Sequence record: SRR31156797_986
Length of the DNA: 64,000 nucleotides
Strand: one strand, 5' to 3'
How positions within the stretch are numbered: position 1 is the stretch's first letter; each line of letters opens with the position of its first letter. The notes under the pieces were generated by a model that saw nothing but the letters and a program-made list of their open reading frames with translations, was not told where the DNA came from and made no database searches. Made by a program: the position numbers and the translations under genes. Positions 1 to 10,236 of this stretch are shown piece after piece.

Positions 1-114
1 CACGCTTTATTCCGGGAATTTTCAATCACATAGCACACATCAAACATCATACATCTGATATCCAGCTGATCTTTCTGCGCTTTGTGCTAATCGCCATGCG
101 CCACGCTCCTATCC

Positions 115-1239
115 TCAATGCTTCCACTTTTTCACCCCGGCCTCAACCCTGATGCTCAAATCATTCTCAGCCGGAGGGATCGGGCAGGAGTATTTTTTGT
201 TGTAGTGGCAAAGCGGATTGTAGCATTTATTGAAATCCAATATAATGGTTGAGCCTTTTTCGGGAATTTCCATATCCAGGTAACGGCCACCGTCATAGGT
301 GGTTTCGCCGTTGGTTAGATCGGTGAAAGGCAGAAACAGGTAGTTGCTGTATTCCGGCCGTTTGGCAATCAAATCCAGATTTTGATAGACGCTTAGCGTG
401 TGATTCTCGCCTTCATATTCAAAAGTTACTGTTCCGTATTTTTGATATTTCACTTCATCTTTTGTACGTTTCATCATAAACGGCACCGCCTGCGGAGTGC
501 GTTTTATCTCCACCTCAAAGATCAATTCTTCATTGATGGGAAAGAAATCGAGGGATTCGAAGTTCTCCCTGTCTTCGGGTAATAAAGGCGATTGATCCGG
601 ATCGGCATATTCCCTGTTGAGTTCCTGCTGATATGCCCACGCATCCAAAGCGAAATCCTTTTCCCGGTTGGCGGCGTTGATAACTTCATCGGAAACCGGT
701 CCACGATCCATGGCTTTCGCTCCCACATACCAGAAGCGGTATAGCGAATAGGTGGCGCCTGTTACGGCATCCATTTCAAGCAGGTTTTGTTTTGTGGCAA
801 ACTGTTTTTCATAATCCGGGTAAACGCTGGAGGGTGCCGAACCGGGATGATGCTCATTCATCTCATCACAATAACTTTGGTCATCGGTTTTACTGTGGCC
901 ATTTTTGAATTCGTCATAGGAAATTTCTGTGGCCTTACCCTCATTGACCGTAAACCGGATTTCGTGGGTATAACCGAAATCGTCAACCGGAGAAGCAGCA
1001 TAATACTGCCCGTCTTTCAGTTTTTCGGGTGATATGGGTAACTGGTATTTGTTGATGAAATAGCGGAGGTATTTATTTACGGTATCGGGCCGCGAACGTT
1101 CGATGACCAGATTCATCATACGGTAATCATCAGGTTTTGGATCGGCGTTTTGGCTGGTGCATCCTGCAATGATTAACAACAGCAGAGCCATCCCAGGAAT
1201 AAGCTTTTCGAGTGGCATAAAATTCCATTGGTTTTTCAT
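115..1239 (-). CDS. Lipoprotein: N-terminal FMN-binding (flavinylation) domain fused to a C-terminal DUF1684 domain
   Basis: Lipobox LLIIAG-C; DAVTGAT flavinylation-type motif; DUF1684-like motifs LFLPFTDLTNGETTYDGGRYL and LDFNKCYNPLCHYNKKYSCPIPPAENDL. Start codon uncertain (1239 or 1218). Confidence 0.75.
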   Translation of the reverse strand: MKNQWNFMPLEKLIPGMALLLLIIAGCTSQNADPKPDDYRMMNLVIERSRPDTVNKYLRYFINKYQLPISPEKLKDGQYYAASPVDDFGYTHEIRFTVNEGKATEISYDEFKNGHSKTDDQSYCDEMNEHHPGSAPSSVYPDYEKQFATKQNLLEMDAVTGATYSLYRFWYVGAKAMDRGPVSDEVINAANREKDFALDAWAYQQELNREYADPDQSPLLPEDRENFESLDFFPINEELIFEVEIKRTPQAVPFMMKRTKDEVKYQKYGTVTFEYEGENHTLSVYQNLDLIAKRPEYSNYLFLPFTDLTNGETTYDGGRYLDMEIPEKGSTIILDFNKCYNPLCHYNKKYSCPIPPAENDLSIRVEAGVKKWKH

Positions 1240-1289
1240 GTGAAACAAATTAACGCATTTTCCCCGAACAACACGGAATCATGGGATTG

Positions 1290-4200
1290 CTATTTTGTTT
1301 TTGTAACTTTTTTGATCAACACCTGGTTGCCTGTCCTGATGTTTAAAACGTATATGCCGTCCGGTTCGCTGGTGAGGTCAAGTTCGATGTTGCTACCGCT
1401 TTGCCTGTCGGTCTTTACCGTGAATAGTTCTTTTCCCTCGCTGTTATACACCATGACAGCTGATTTTTCGCCCTTTGGTAAATTGATGATAAACCTGCCG
1501 GTAGTAGGATTTGGGAAGATGGAAATTTCATGCCTGGCGGTAATATCTTCATTGGAAATGAGATAATCTACCGTTAACTCAAAGGCGCTGTCGGTTGGTT
1601 GAGGGATTGTTTTTGCATGGATGATCCCATTACGGTCTTCGGGATCAAAATAATACCCTTCCTGGGCAGCATCGTATTCTTCAAAAGAAAAATAAACAGG
1701 CAGCAGTTCTCCATCAAGCTTCACACCATCAGGATTTTCAGGAAAATGAATCTCGAAGTGGTTGCTCCTGAAATCCAACTTGCCTTCAAATTCCCCGATA
1801 CTTGCCCCCACGTTTATTGTAACAGGGCCAGGAAACCCGTGTTCAGGGCCATCGCATTCAACGTTGGTATAAGCAAAGGCACCATCCCGATGTTCGCGCG
1901 AAACGCCATCATCCTCGTAAAGGGTATACGATGTGTTTCCATCCGGGTAAATATCCCAGGTAATCGGGTCTTTAATTTTCTCCCGGTCGTGTAGCATTTC
2001 AGGATACATGGGGATAATAGCTCCGGCCTTTACAAACACCGGTAATTTATCGAGGGTAACCGGATAATCGTTTATCCACATGGGGCCGTTATAGATCGTG
2101 CCGTCCCAGTAATCCACCCATTTTCCTTCCGGAAAATAAATGCTGTCGCGCTGGCTGCCGGGTGTGTAAACGGGGGCTACCAGGAAACTTTCACCGCTCA
2201 TGAACTGATAGTGGGTTTCGGGGCCCAGACAAACCGGGTCATCGGGGAATTCCATGATCATAGCCCGAACGGTTGGCGTGCCGTGGATGTATGCCTCATT
2301 GCAGCATGTATAGAGATATGGTGTGAGTCTCATTTTGAGCTTAAGATATCGCCTGTTTATATTGGTGATGTAGGTTCCGTAAACCCACGGCTGCTTGTTG
2401 GAGGTTGCCCATCCTGACATGGCATAGGTTACCGGAATGAATGTTTTCCACTGCAGGTCGCGGGTGTAAGTTGATGAGGATCCGCCAAAAATCCCATCCA
2501 GGTCACTCGATGCAAGATTATAACCAGAAAGCCCTGAACCGATTATCGTTGGGATATGAAAACGGATGTATTCCCAGTTACCGGACTGGTCGCCCGACCA
2601 GACCACCGAATAGCGTTGTGTTCCGGCCCAGCCACAAACCGACCACACATAGCCGCGCTCGTCACAGTTTTCTTCGATGCCTTCATAAGCTGTTTTGCAG
2701 GCATTCAGGGCATATTGATAACCTGAGCCCACCCAGGCCACGTCGAGTTTACAGGCCCGTGTTCCGGCAACACCCACTTCCCATTCAATCTGGCTCACGC
2801 CATTCTCAGTCCAGAGTCCTGTATAAAATCCACGTTCATGCAACTCTGAAACCACCGAATCCAGATCGGTATATCCGCAGCCATAACCATCGTTGGGGAG
2901 AATCCATCCTCCAGGAAGGTCCAGGTCACGATACGTATCAGCAATTTCTTCGATGACCACAGGAGTGGTCTGGCCTTCGTCGTTGTAGCAATCCGCGTCT
3001 CCTAATTCCAGCCCCCAGCGTGGTGGCAGGGTGGGGCGGCCGGTGAGTTCGGTATACAGATCAAGAATGCCTTTTAAGGATTCATCCACAAAATAAAAAC
3101 AATCGAAACGGTTTTCGCTGTGGCCGTTTACCACAGGATCACGAAAATCATACGTTCCCGTTGCAAATGTATTTCTGAATGCGCCGTAACCATTGGTGCT
3201 CATGTAAAACGGAACCGGATTGGGTACGGCACCGTCATCCCAGTTCTGGATTTCCTTGGATATTTTGATCTCTTTACCACGATGCGAAAAGTATCCATTC
3301 TGCATGCCCCCACCATAAAAATGTTCATCTTCCTGCCGCGAAAGTTCCTGGAAAGTGCGTAAACCAAAATCCAGTTCTGCTGTCTCTTCCCAGATCAGTG
3401 TTGAATTGTCAGATTTGTAGAGGGCAAATTTGAGTGGGGTTTTATATGCGCGTAGCACCATTTCACCGCTCATGATTTTGTAGTGGTCTCCCTCATCTGT
3501 CCAGGTGCTGTTCACCGGTGGATAGTCATAGCTCACCACAATATGATCTCCGGCAGGATTGCTAAAAGCGCCACCCGGCCCGAGCCAAATCCTGAACATG
3601 TCATCTTTGTAAATGATCACCCTTACTTTATCATTGCCACAGGAAATGGTGTAGGTGTCATCGGCTTCTTCAAAATCGGTAACCTCCCCGATCATCGTTG
3701 AATAGCTGTTGAGGGTGACCGAAAGTGTATCGTTTGAATGATTTTCATCCTGGGGTAATGAGGTATAAAACCGGAATTGGTATGATCCTGAAGTGTTCAG
3801 GTCAACAGGGGGGAAGCTTACATCTATCGATTCGCCGGATTGCAGGGGATCGGTAGAAGCTTCAATGGTTTCCACAACAGGTTCACCGCCTTCAAGGGTG
3901 TAGCTCACATTAAAATTTTCCTGGATATCGTTCAGTCCGTTGTTTTTAACCCTGATGGTTAAAACCTCACTGGATGAGAAATTGTCATTGGTATTTTCGG
4001 GATAAACCAGTTGGGTGATGGCTGCATCCCAGTCTGTTTCGATGTAATACACCGGGCCGTACAAAATGCCATCAAGATCACCTTTGGAATCATAACAAAC
4101 ATTGCCTTCGCCTTCATCAAATTTGTAGTAATGTAGGAGTGCTTCATATTGCGGATGTGATGGGTCCACACCCTGGCTCATATATTCCTCTATTTCCGCC

Positions 4201-4691
4201 TGTGAAAGGGTTGTGTTCCATAGTCGCAATTCATCAATTTTGGCTTTCATGGAGGCGTCATCGGTATTTTTACTGATCCATTTCAGTGGCATATTTATAG
4301 AAGCTCCCAGGGTTTGTTTGAAAACTCCATCCACATACAGACTGGTTTCGGTGCCGTTGTTCACCATGGCCAGATGCACCCACTGGTTAAGGGGCAGGAT
4401 ATAATTGAAGGTGTAGTCGGCGTATCCCGAAAGGGTAAACCCCACCTTGGTACCCCACCATTGTTCAATGCGGATGCCGCTGTTACCGTCAACTCCCGTA
4501 AGGAGGTGCTGATAGTTGTCAGACTCGGATTTGTTCACCATCACTTCCATGGTCCATGGTGGCGCAAAATCCTGTCCGTTCAGGGCAACATAATCGCTAC
4601 TGCCATTAAATTCCAGGGCATACTGACCCATTAATGTCGTTGAAACCAGGAGTATGCAGATGGTTAAAATTGTGGATAGATTTGATTTCAT
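1290..4691 (-). CDS. GH31 glycoside hydrolase (Nag31-like alpha-N-acetylgalactosaminidase) with N-terminal LamG/ConA domain and T9SS type A CTD
   Basis: Signal peptide; LamG motifs (QWVHLAMV, IDELRLWN); GH31 motifs WILPNDGYGCGY, KLDVAWVG, WSGDQ, SDLDGIFGG; C-terminal IFPNPTTG...GIYVLNI...KVTK. Confidence 0.85.
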   Translation of the reverse strand: MKSNLSTILTICILLVSTTLMGQYALEFNGSSDYVALNGQDFAPPWTMEVMVNKSESDNYQHLLTGVDGNSGIRIEQWWGTKVGFTLSGYADYTFNYILPLNQWVHLAMVNNGTETSLYVDGVFKQTLGASINMPLKWISKNTDDASMKAKIDELRLWNTTLSQAEIEEYMSQGVDPSHPQYEALLHYYKFDEGEGNVCYDSKGDLDGILYGPVYYIETDWDAAITQLVYPENTNDNFSSSEVLTIRVKNNGLNDIQENFNVSYTLEGGEPVVETIEASTDPLQSGESIDVSFPPVDLNTSGSYQFRFYTSLPQDENHSNDTLSVTLNSYSTMIGEVTDFEEADDTYTISCGNDKVRVIIYKDDMFRIWLGPGGAFSNPAGDHIVVSYDYPPVNSTWTDEGDHYKIMSGEMVLRAYKTPLKFALYKSDNSTLIWEETAELDFGLRTFQELSRQEDEHFYGGGMQNGYFSHRGKEIKISKEIQNWDDGAVPNPVPFYMSTNGYGAFRNTFATGTYDFRDPVVNGHSENRFDCFYFVDESLKGILDLYTELTGRPTLPPRWGLELGDADCYNDEGQTTPVVIEEIADTYRDLDLPGGWILPNDGYGCGYTDLDSVVSELHERGFYTGLWTENGVSQIEWEVGVAGTRACKLDVAWVGSGYQYALNACKTAYEGIEENCDERGYVWSVCGWAGTQRYSVVWSGDQSGNWEYIRFHIPTIIGSGLSGYNLASSDLDGIFGGSSSTYTRDLQWKTFIPVTYAMSGWATSNKQPWVYGTYITNINRRYLKLKMRLTPYLYTCCNEAYIHGTPTVRAMIMEFPDDPVCLGPETHYQFMSGESFLVAPVYTPGSQRDSIYFPEGKWVDYWDGTIYNGPMWINDYPVTLDKLPVFVKAGAIIPMYPEMLHDREKIKDPITWDIYPDGNTSYTLYEDDGVSREHRDGAFAYTNVECDGPEHGFPGPVTINVGASIGEFEGKLDFRSNHFEIHFPENPDGVKLDGELLPVYFSFEEYDAAQEGYYFDPEDRNGIIHAKTIPQPTDSAFELTVDYLISNEDITARHEISIFPNPTTGRFIINLPKGEKSAVMVYNSEGKELFTVKTDRQSGSNIELDLTSEPDGIYVLNIRTGNQVLIKKVTKTK

Positions 4692-4712
4692 AGCATGATG
4701 TTTATTTCCAGA

Positions 4713-4720
4713 CAAATTTA
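4713..4720 (-). promoter_or_regulatory. Bacteroidota -7 promoter element (TAAATTTG) for the GH31 gene
   Basis: Matches TAnnTTTG about 20 nt upstream of the ATG at 4691. Confidence 0.5.
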
Positions 4721-4826
4721 ATTGTTTTTAGAAGCTGAGCCGTCTATCAAAAATAATTTATAAAGTTGCTAAGTTTAAGTTTATGTAAGTTCGATACTTT
4801 CACACATGATTTGGCCGTTTTATGGT

Positions 4827-4834
4827 TAATTTTG
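4827..4834 (+). promoter_or_regulatory. Bacteroidota -7 promoter element (TAATTTTG) for gpmA
   Basis: TAnnTTTG upstream of the ATG at 4890. Confidence 0.5.
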
Positions 4835-4889
4835 CGGCTGAAAGGAAAATGTAAACTTTAAATAGAAGAAACGATTAAAATCATTGATT

Positions 4890-5636
4890 ATGAAAAAATT
4901 AGTGTTGCTCCGTCATGGACAAAGTGTGTGGAACGAAGAGAACAAATTTACCGGTTGGACTGATGTGGACCTTACCCAAAAAGGTGTTAACGAAGCCAAA
5001 GAAGCCGGAAAGGTACTGAACGAAAAGGGATTTAAATTTGATATGGCGTTTACGTCCTACCTGCGGAGGGCCATCAAAACATTGTGGCTGGCACTGGAAG
5101 AGATGGACCAGATGTGGATACCGGTTTATAAAAGCTGGCGACTCAACGAAAAACATTATGGTATGCTCCAGGGTTTAAACAAAGCCGAAACTGCCGAAAA
5201 ATACGGCGATGCCCAGGTATTAAAATGGAGGCGCAGCTTTGCTGTTCCACCATCAGAAATTCCTGCTGACGATAAGCGCCATCCAAAATTTGATCCGCGT
5301 TATGCTGAGCTTATGCCTGAAGAAATTCCTGCAACAGAGGCATTGAAAGATACCATCGACCGGTTGATTCCCTACTGGGAAGGCGAAATTAAACCTGCGC
5401 TTGAGCAAAATGATACCATTCTTGTAGCAGCCCATGGTAACAGCCTCCGCGGCATAGTCAAATATCTGAAAAACATGACCGAAGAGGAAATCATTGCTTT
5501 CAACATTCCTACCGGGATTCCATATGTTTTTGAATTTGATGACGACCTCAATCTGCAAAAGGATGAATTTATCGGAGATCCTGAAGTCATTAAAAAACTC
5601 ATGGATGAGGTGGCAAAACAGGCCCAAAAGAAATAA
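4890..5636 (+). CDS. gpmA: 2,3-bisphosphoglycerate-dependent phosphoglycerate mutase
   Basis: LVLLRHGQSVWN, FTGWTDVDL, WRLNEKHYG and AAHGNSLR motifs. Confidence 0.97.
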   Translation: MKKLVLLRHGQSVWNEENKFTGWTDVDLTQKGVNEAKEAGKVLNEKGFKFDMAFTSYLRRAIKTLWLALEEMDQMWIPVYKSWRLNEKHYGMLQGLNKAETAEKYGDAQVLKWRRSFAVPPSEIPADDKRHPKFDPRYAELMPEEIPATEALKDTIDRLIPYWEGEIKPALEQNDTILVAAHGNSLRGIVKYLKNMTEEEIIAFNIPTGIPYVFEFDDDLNLQKDEFIGDPEVIKKLMDEVAKQAQKK

Positions 5637-5657
5637 CGATTTTTTTAACTATAATTG

Positions 5658-5688
5658 AAGGCTGCCCAAAACCAGGGCAGCCTTTTTT
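5658..5688 (+). terminator. Intrinsic terminator after gpmA
   Basis: AAGGCTGCCC-loop-GGGCAGCCTT hairpin followed by a T-run. Confidence 0.85.
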
Positions 5689-5764
5689 ATTCACCGGTCG
5701 TAAACTGGCGTTGGTAGTGGAGTTTCATCTTTTCTTGTTATTTTTGCCAACTAAACTTCAGGAA

Positions 5765-6478
5765 ATGAGAAAGTGGGTAATACCTGATTTACATGGATGT
5801 GTTAATACCTTGCGGGCGGTCATCGAAAATCATATCAAGCCTGAAAAACAGGATTTGATTTATCTGCTGGGTGATTATATCGATCGTGGGCCTGACCCCA
5901 AGGGTGTGTTGGATTACCTCATGAAACTTGAAAATGATGGGTACGCCGTTAAAGCCATCAGGGGAAATCATGAGGAATACCTGATTATGGCCTACAATAG
6001 CGCCAGGAAACAGGAACGTAAATTCCTGTTCTGGAAGAAGCCGAATAAACTTTTTAATGAGTGGGTAAGGCACGGCGGAAATTACACACTTAAAAGTTTC
6101 GGGGTGAAAAATGTGCTGGACATTCCTGAAAAATATATCCTTTGGCTGGAAGCGTTGCCCTTTTACTACGTGGAAGAAAAACATGTGATCGTTCATGCCG
6201 GCCTAAACTTTAACCGTCGTGATCCTTTTGAAGATACACACACCATGCTTTGGGCCAAAGCATTCGATCCTGAACCGGAAAAAATCCAAAACAAGGTTGT
6301 TGTGCACGGCCACGTTCCGGTAAGTTTTCAGTTTCTTAAGACGACCCTTGCCAACCCTGCACACAAATACATCGCGCTTGATAATGGCGTGTATCTGCCA
6401 CACAAACAAGGCATGGGGCATCTGGTAGCTTTGGAACTCAACTCCATGGAGCTTGCTGTACAAAGGACATTGGATTAG
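5765..6478 (+). CDS. Metallophosphoesterase (PPP/ApaH-like Ser/Thr phosphatase family)
   Basis: DLHG, GDYIDRG, GNHE, VHAG and HGH motifs; TATTTTTG at 5739-5746 supports the ATG at 5765. Confidence 0.88.
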   Translation: MRKWVIPDLHGCVNTLRAVIENHIKPEKQDLIYLLGDYIDRGPDPKGVLDYLMKLENDGYAVKAIRGNHEEYLIMAYNSARKQERKFLFWKKPNKLFNEWVRHGGNYTLKSFGVKNVLDIPEKYILWLEALPFYYVEEKHVIVHAGLNFNRRDPFEDTHTMLWAKAFDPEPEKIQNKVVVHGHVPVSFQFLKTTLANPAHKYIALDNGVYLPHKQGMGHLVALELNSMELAVQRTLD

Positions 6479-6643
6479 GATTTTACCATTGCTAAGAATC
6501 TCCTTTGTTTGGTAATTGTCAATGAAATATTACCTGTGATTAACCTGGATATGGATTTTGATAATCTTAACCAATTCTAAATTTCAAATCTCTTAATTTT
6601 ACAGCCATATCAAATTTATTCAATCATAACTAAAATAAAGATC

Positions 6644-8902
6644 ATGAAATTCGTTCATCTGATTGCTGCAATATTCATTTCTCTGCATGTTTTTGCAATC
6701 CCGCTAAATGCTTTTTCTCAAGAAGAAAGTGACCCTTCAAAACTTACCATCGACAGGATTTATAAATCACCTGAATTACGTGGTGATTTCTTCAGGCAGC
6801 CGCGATGGATTGATGAAGGAAAGGCTTACACTGCCCTTGAATCTTCCGAAACTCTCGAAAGCGGTCGTGACATCGTGCAATATAAAACTAAAAAAGGCAA
6901 GCGTTCCATTCTGGTTTCTGCCGAACAACTCATTCCCAAAGATCAGGATGCTCCTTTGAATATTTCAGATTATCAATGGTCATCCGATAAAAACCTATTG
7001 CTGATCTTTACAAATACCCGGCGAGTTTGGCGCTATAACACCAAAGGCGATTACTGGGTGCTAAACCTCGAAACCGGTAATCTTCACAAGTTAGGCGCCG
7101 GTCTTCCGGAATCCTCATTGATGTTTGCAAAGTTCTCCCCGGATGATTCCCGGGTTGCATATGTGAGTAAGCATAACCTGTATGTTGAAGAGCTGGCAAC
7201 AAATGATATTAAACAACTCACTTTTGATGGAACGGAAGACCTGATCAACGGCACATTCGATTGGGCTTATGAAGAAGAGTTTTTCTGTCGCGATGGTTTC
7301 CGGTGGAGCCCGGATGGGACAATGATTGCCTTCTGGCAGATCGATGCATCGGAAATTAAGGATTTTCTGATGATCAACAATACGGATTCGCTGTATTCAT
7401 TTACCATTCCGGTTGAATATCCTAAAGTTGGTGAGGATCCTTCTTCAGCAAAAATGGGTGTGGTACCGGCCACTGGTGGCGAAACCGTTTGGATGAACAT
7501 TCCGGGCGATCCCAAGCAGCATTACCTCGTGAGAATGCTCTGGATGAAAGATTCGGAAGCGTTCCTGGTTCAGCAACTCAACCGCAAACAAAACACCAAC
7601 AAGATATGGTATTGCAAACCCAAATCCGGTCTGGCACAAAATGTTTACACCGGCCGTGACGAAGCCTGGCTCGATCTGGTTGAGGATTGGATGTGGCTGG
7701 ATGACAAACACTATACCTGGCTCAGCGAAAAAGACGGATGGCGGCATCTTTACCTCGTTTCAGCAACCGGTGATTCGGAGCAAATGCTCACAAAAGGTAA
7801 TTACGATGTGGTTTCGATAGCCGAAATTGATCCCAAAAGCAAGTACACCTATTTTATAGCTTCGCCTGATAACCCAACTCAGCGCTACCTCTATCGGGTA
7901 AAGATGGATGGCAAAAGCCGGGCAGAACGCATTACTCCTGAAGATCAGCCCGGAACCCACAGCTATAATGTGGCTCCGGGTGGAAAATATGCATTCCATA
8001 CCTGGTCGGATATCAACACACCTCCGGTTACCGAACTGGTTTCTTTGCCAGGGCATAAGGTGATTCGAACACTCGTCGACAATGCAGAATTAAAGAAAAC
8101 CGTTGCCGCACTCGATCTGAATCCTGCGGAATTTTTTAGTGTTACAACAGAAGATGGAATCACCATGGAAGGGTTCATGATTAAGCCTCCTGATTTTGAT
8201 CAGGTCAAAAAATACCCTGTGCTGTTTTATGTTTATGGTGAGCCCTGGGGGCAAACTGCCACTGATGAGTGGGGTGGTCCGAGCATGTGGCATAAAATGC
8301 TCGCACAGGAAGGCTACCTTGTAATATCAGTAGATAATCGCGGAACACCTGCCCCAAAAGGGCGGGAGTGGCGAAAAAGTATTTATCGCAAGATTGGCGT
8401 CATAAATTCCCGCGATCAGGCCATGGCCGCCAAAGAGATCATGAAATGGGATTTTGTGGATTCGGATCGTACTGCTGTTTGGGGATGGAGTGGTGGTGGC
8501 TCCATGACGCTGAATCTTATGTTCAGGTATCCGGAAATTTATGAAGCCGGAATGGCAGTTGCACCCGTGAGTAACCAGTTTTTCTACGACAATATTTATC
8601 AGGAACGATACATGGGTTTGAAATCAGAAAATCCTGAAGATTTCGAGGAAGGCTCGCCGGTTACTTATGCCAAAAATCTGGAGGGTGATCTGCTAATCGT
8701 TCATGGAACAGGTGATGATAATGTGCATTATCAAAATACGGAGGTGCTGATCAATGAACTCGTGAAACACAATAAAATGTTCCAGGTAATGCCTTACCCT
8801 AACCGTTCGCACAGCATTTACGAAGGCCCAAATACCACCCGTCATGTCTTCAGTTTGTTGAGGCATTACTTGCATAATCATATTGAGGCCGGAGGAAAAT
8901 AA
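6644..8902 (+). CDS. Dipeptidyl peptidase IV-like S9B peptidase
   Basis: Signal peptide; DWAYEEE; GWSGGG nucleophile; HGTGDDNVH; C-terminal His (RSHSI). Confidence 0.92.
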   Translation: MKFVHLIAAIFISLHVFAIPLNAFSQEESDPSKLTIDRIYKSPELRGDFFRQPRWIDEGKAYTALESSETLESGRDIVQYKTKKGKRSILVSAEQLIPKDQDAPLNISDYQWSSDKNLLLIFTNTRRVWRYNTKGDYWVLNLETGNLHKLGAGLPESSLMFAKFSPDDSRVAYVSKHNLYVEELATNDIKQLTFDGTEDLINGTFDWAYEEEFFCRDGFRWSPDGTMIAFWQIDASEIKDFLMINNTDSLYSFTIPVEYPKVGEDPSSAKMGVVPATGGETVWMNIPGDPKQHYLVRMLWMKDSEAFLVQQLNRKQNTNKIWYCKPKSGLAQNVYTGRDEAWLDLVEDWMWLDDKHYTWLSEKDGWRHLYLVSATGDSEQMLTKGNYDVVSIAEIDPKSKYTYFIASPDNPTQRYLYRVKMDGKSRAERITPEDQPGTHSYNVAPGGKYAFHTWSDINTPPVTELVSLPGHKVIRTLVDNAELKKTVAALDLNPAEFFSVTTEDGITMEGFMIKPPDFDQVKKYPVLFYVYGEPWGQTATDEWGGPSMWHKMLAQEGYLVISVDNRGTPAPKGREWRKSIYRKIGVINSRDQAMAAKEIMKWDFVDSDRTAVWGWSGGGSMTLNLMFRYPEIYEAGMAVAPVSNQFFYDNIYQERYMGLKSENPEDFEEGSPVTYAKNLEGDLLIVHGTGDDNVHYQNTEVLINELVKHNKMFQVMPYPNRSHSIYEGPNTTRHVFSLLRHYLHNHIEAGGK

Positions 8903-8917
8903 AATAAGTCATTCAGG

Positions 8918-9382
8918 ATGGACCAACAGGAAATTATTGGAGCAATTCTGGTTTTATTAACGGCCATTACCGGCATCTGGAAGGCTGTTCCACTCGGCCT
9001 GGTTATGAATCTGCACCCCGTTGTCATTTTCCTGATGACAGCATCCGGTGCTACCATCAGTGTATTCATCATGTATTTTTTTGGCAACAAACTCAAGCGC
9101 TGGATTTTTAAACCAGGGAACCAACCTGAATCTTCAAAAAAAGGAAAACGTATCCGGAGAATTTTGGATAAATACGGCCCGGCCGGACTTGGGATCATCG
9201 GTACGTTGATCGCCGGACAAATCACCACAGTAATTGTTGGAATGGCACTGGTAAAATCACAAAAAAGGTTCCTTATCTGGATGATCGCCGGATCGGTGTT
9301 TGCAAGCTTTTGCATAACGATATTAGGTGTGTTCAGTGTGGATTTGTTTAAGCAGGTAGGTGATTCATTAAGACTGTTTTAG
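8918..9382 (+). CDS. Small membrane protein (small multidrug export-like)
   Basis: Several hydrophobic segments with a basic loop and a KYG motif; co-oriented with the DPP-IV gene. Confidence 0.6.
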   Translation: MDQQEIIGAILVLLTAITGIWKAVPLGLVMNLHPVVIFLMTASGATISVFIMYFFGNKLKRWIFKPGNQPESSKKGKRIRRILDKYGPAGLGIIGTLIAGQITTVIVGMALVKSQKRFLIWMIAGSVFASFCITILGVFSVDLFKQVGDSLRLF

Positions 9383-9383
9383 C

Positions 9384-10160
9384 TTGGAAAGTTCACGCAT
9401 TTACGGAAAGGAACCCATCGGGCTGGTGCTTCTGCATGGAGGCCCTGGTGCGGCGGGGAGCATGGCTCCGGTTGCCAAAAAATTGTCCTCCAGGACGGGT
9501 GTTTTGGAAGTGCTTAACCAGGGACACTCCATCGACGAACAGGTTTATGAAACCTATGAAGAAATCCTCCGCTATTGTGATCTTCCGGTTATTATTGCCG
9601 GCCACTCCTGGGGAGCCTGGCTGGGTTGGATTTTTACGGCAAAATTTCCAAATTTGATCAGGAAATTGATTTTAATCTCTACCGGCCCTTTTGAAGCCAA
9701 GCATGCTGCTGAGATCATGGCAACCCGCTTAAATCGTTTGGACGATGAAGAAAAAGTTGAAATTCGAAAATTGGGGCAGCAATTGTCGGAAGCGAACCCG
9801 GCGGAGGCCAATGATGTTTTTAAAGCGATTGGTAGGATTATATTAAAATCTGATCAGTTTAAATCCATGGATTTTGCAGATGATGAGTTGTTTAACTATG
9901 ATGTATATCGTGAGGTTTGGCCCGAAGCCGAGCAATTGCGCAATAGTGGTGAATTGTTAAAAATGGCCCATCAAATCACAGTACCGGTTGTAGCACTGCA
10001 CGGAAATTATGACCCGCATCCATTCCAGGGTGTTTTCGAACCCCTGCGAAAAAACCTGGTTGATTTCAAAATGCATATCATCGACAAATGCGGTCACTAT
10101 CCCTGGCTGGAAAAACAGGCTACCGGGGATTTTTATACGAAGCTGCTAGCTGAGCTTTAA
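9384..10160 (+). CDS. Alpha/beta hydrolase (prolyl aminopeptidase-like fold)
   Basis: LHGGPG, GHSWG nucleophile elbow, HGNYD, CGHYPWLE; TTG start. Confidence 0.85.
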   Translation: MESSRIYGKEPIGLVLLHGGPGAAGSMAPVAKKLSSRTGVLEVLNQGHSIDEQVYETYEEILRYCDLPVIIAGHSWGAWLGWIFTAKFPNLIRKLILISTGPFEAKHAAEIMATRLNRLDDEEKVEIRKLGQQLSEANPAEANDVFKAIGRIILKSDQFKSMDFADDELFNYDVYREVWPEAEQLRNSGELLKMAHQITVPVVALHGNYDPHPFQGVFEPLRKNLVDFKMHIIDKCGHYPWLEKQATGDFYTKLLAEL

Positions 10161-10236
10161 CACTGAAAGGTATTGTAAACCAAGTAGTTTGGTGTCAGAT
10201 ATTGCGTATTATAGTTTTGTCATATCAAAACAAAAA

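Noticed and set aside
37-64. Heptamer periodicity (acatcaa acatcat acatctg atatcca) at the window start
   Set aside because: Too short and degenerate, and the context is cut by the window edge.
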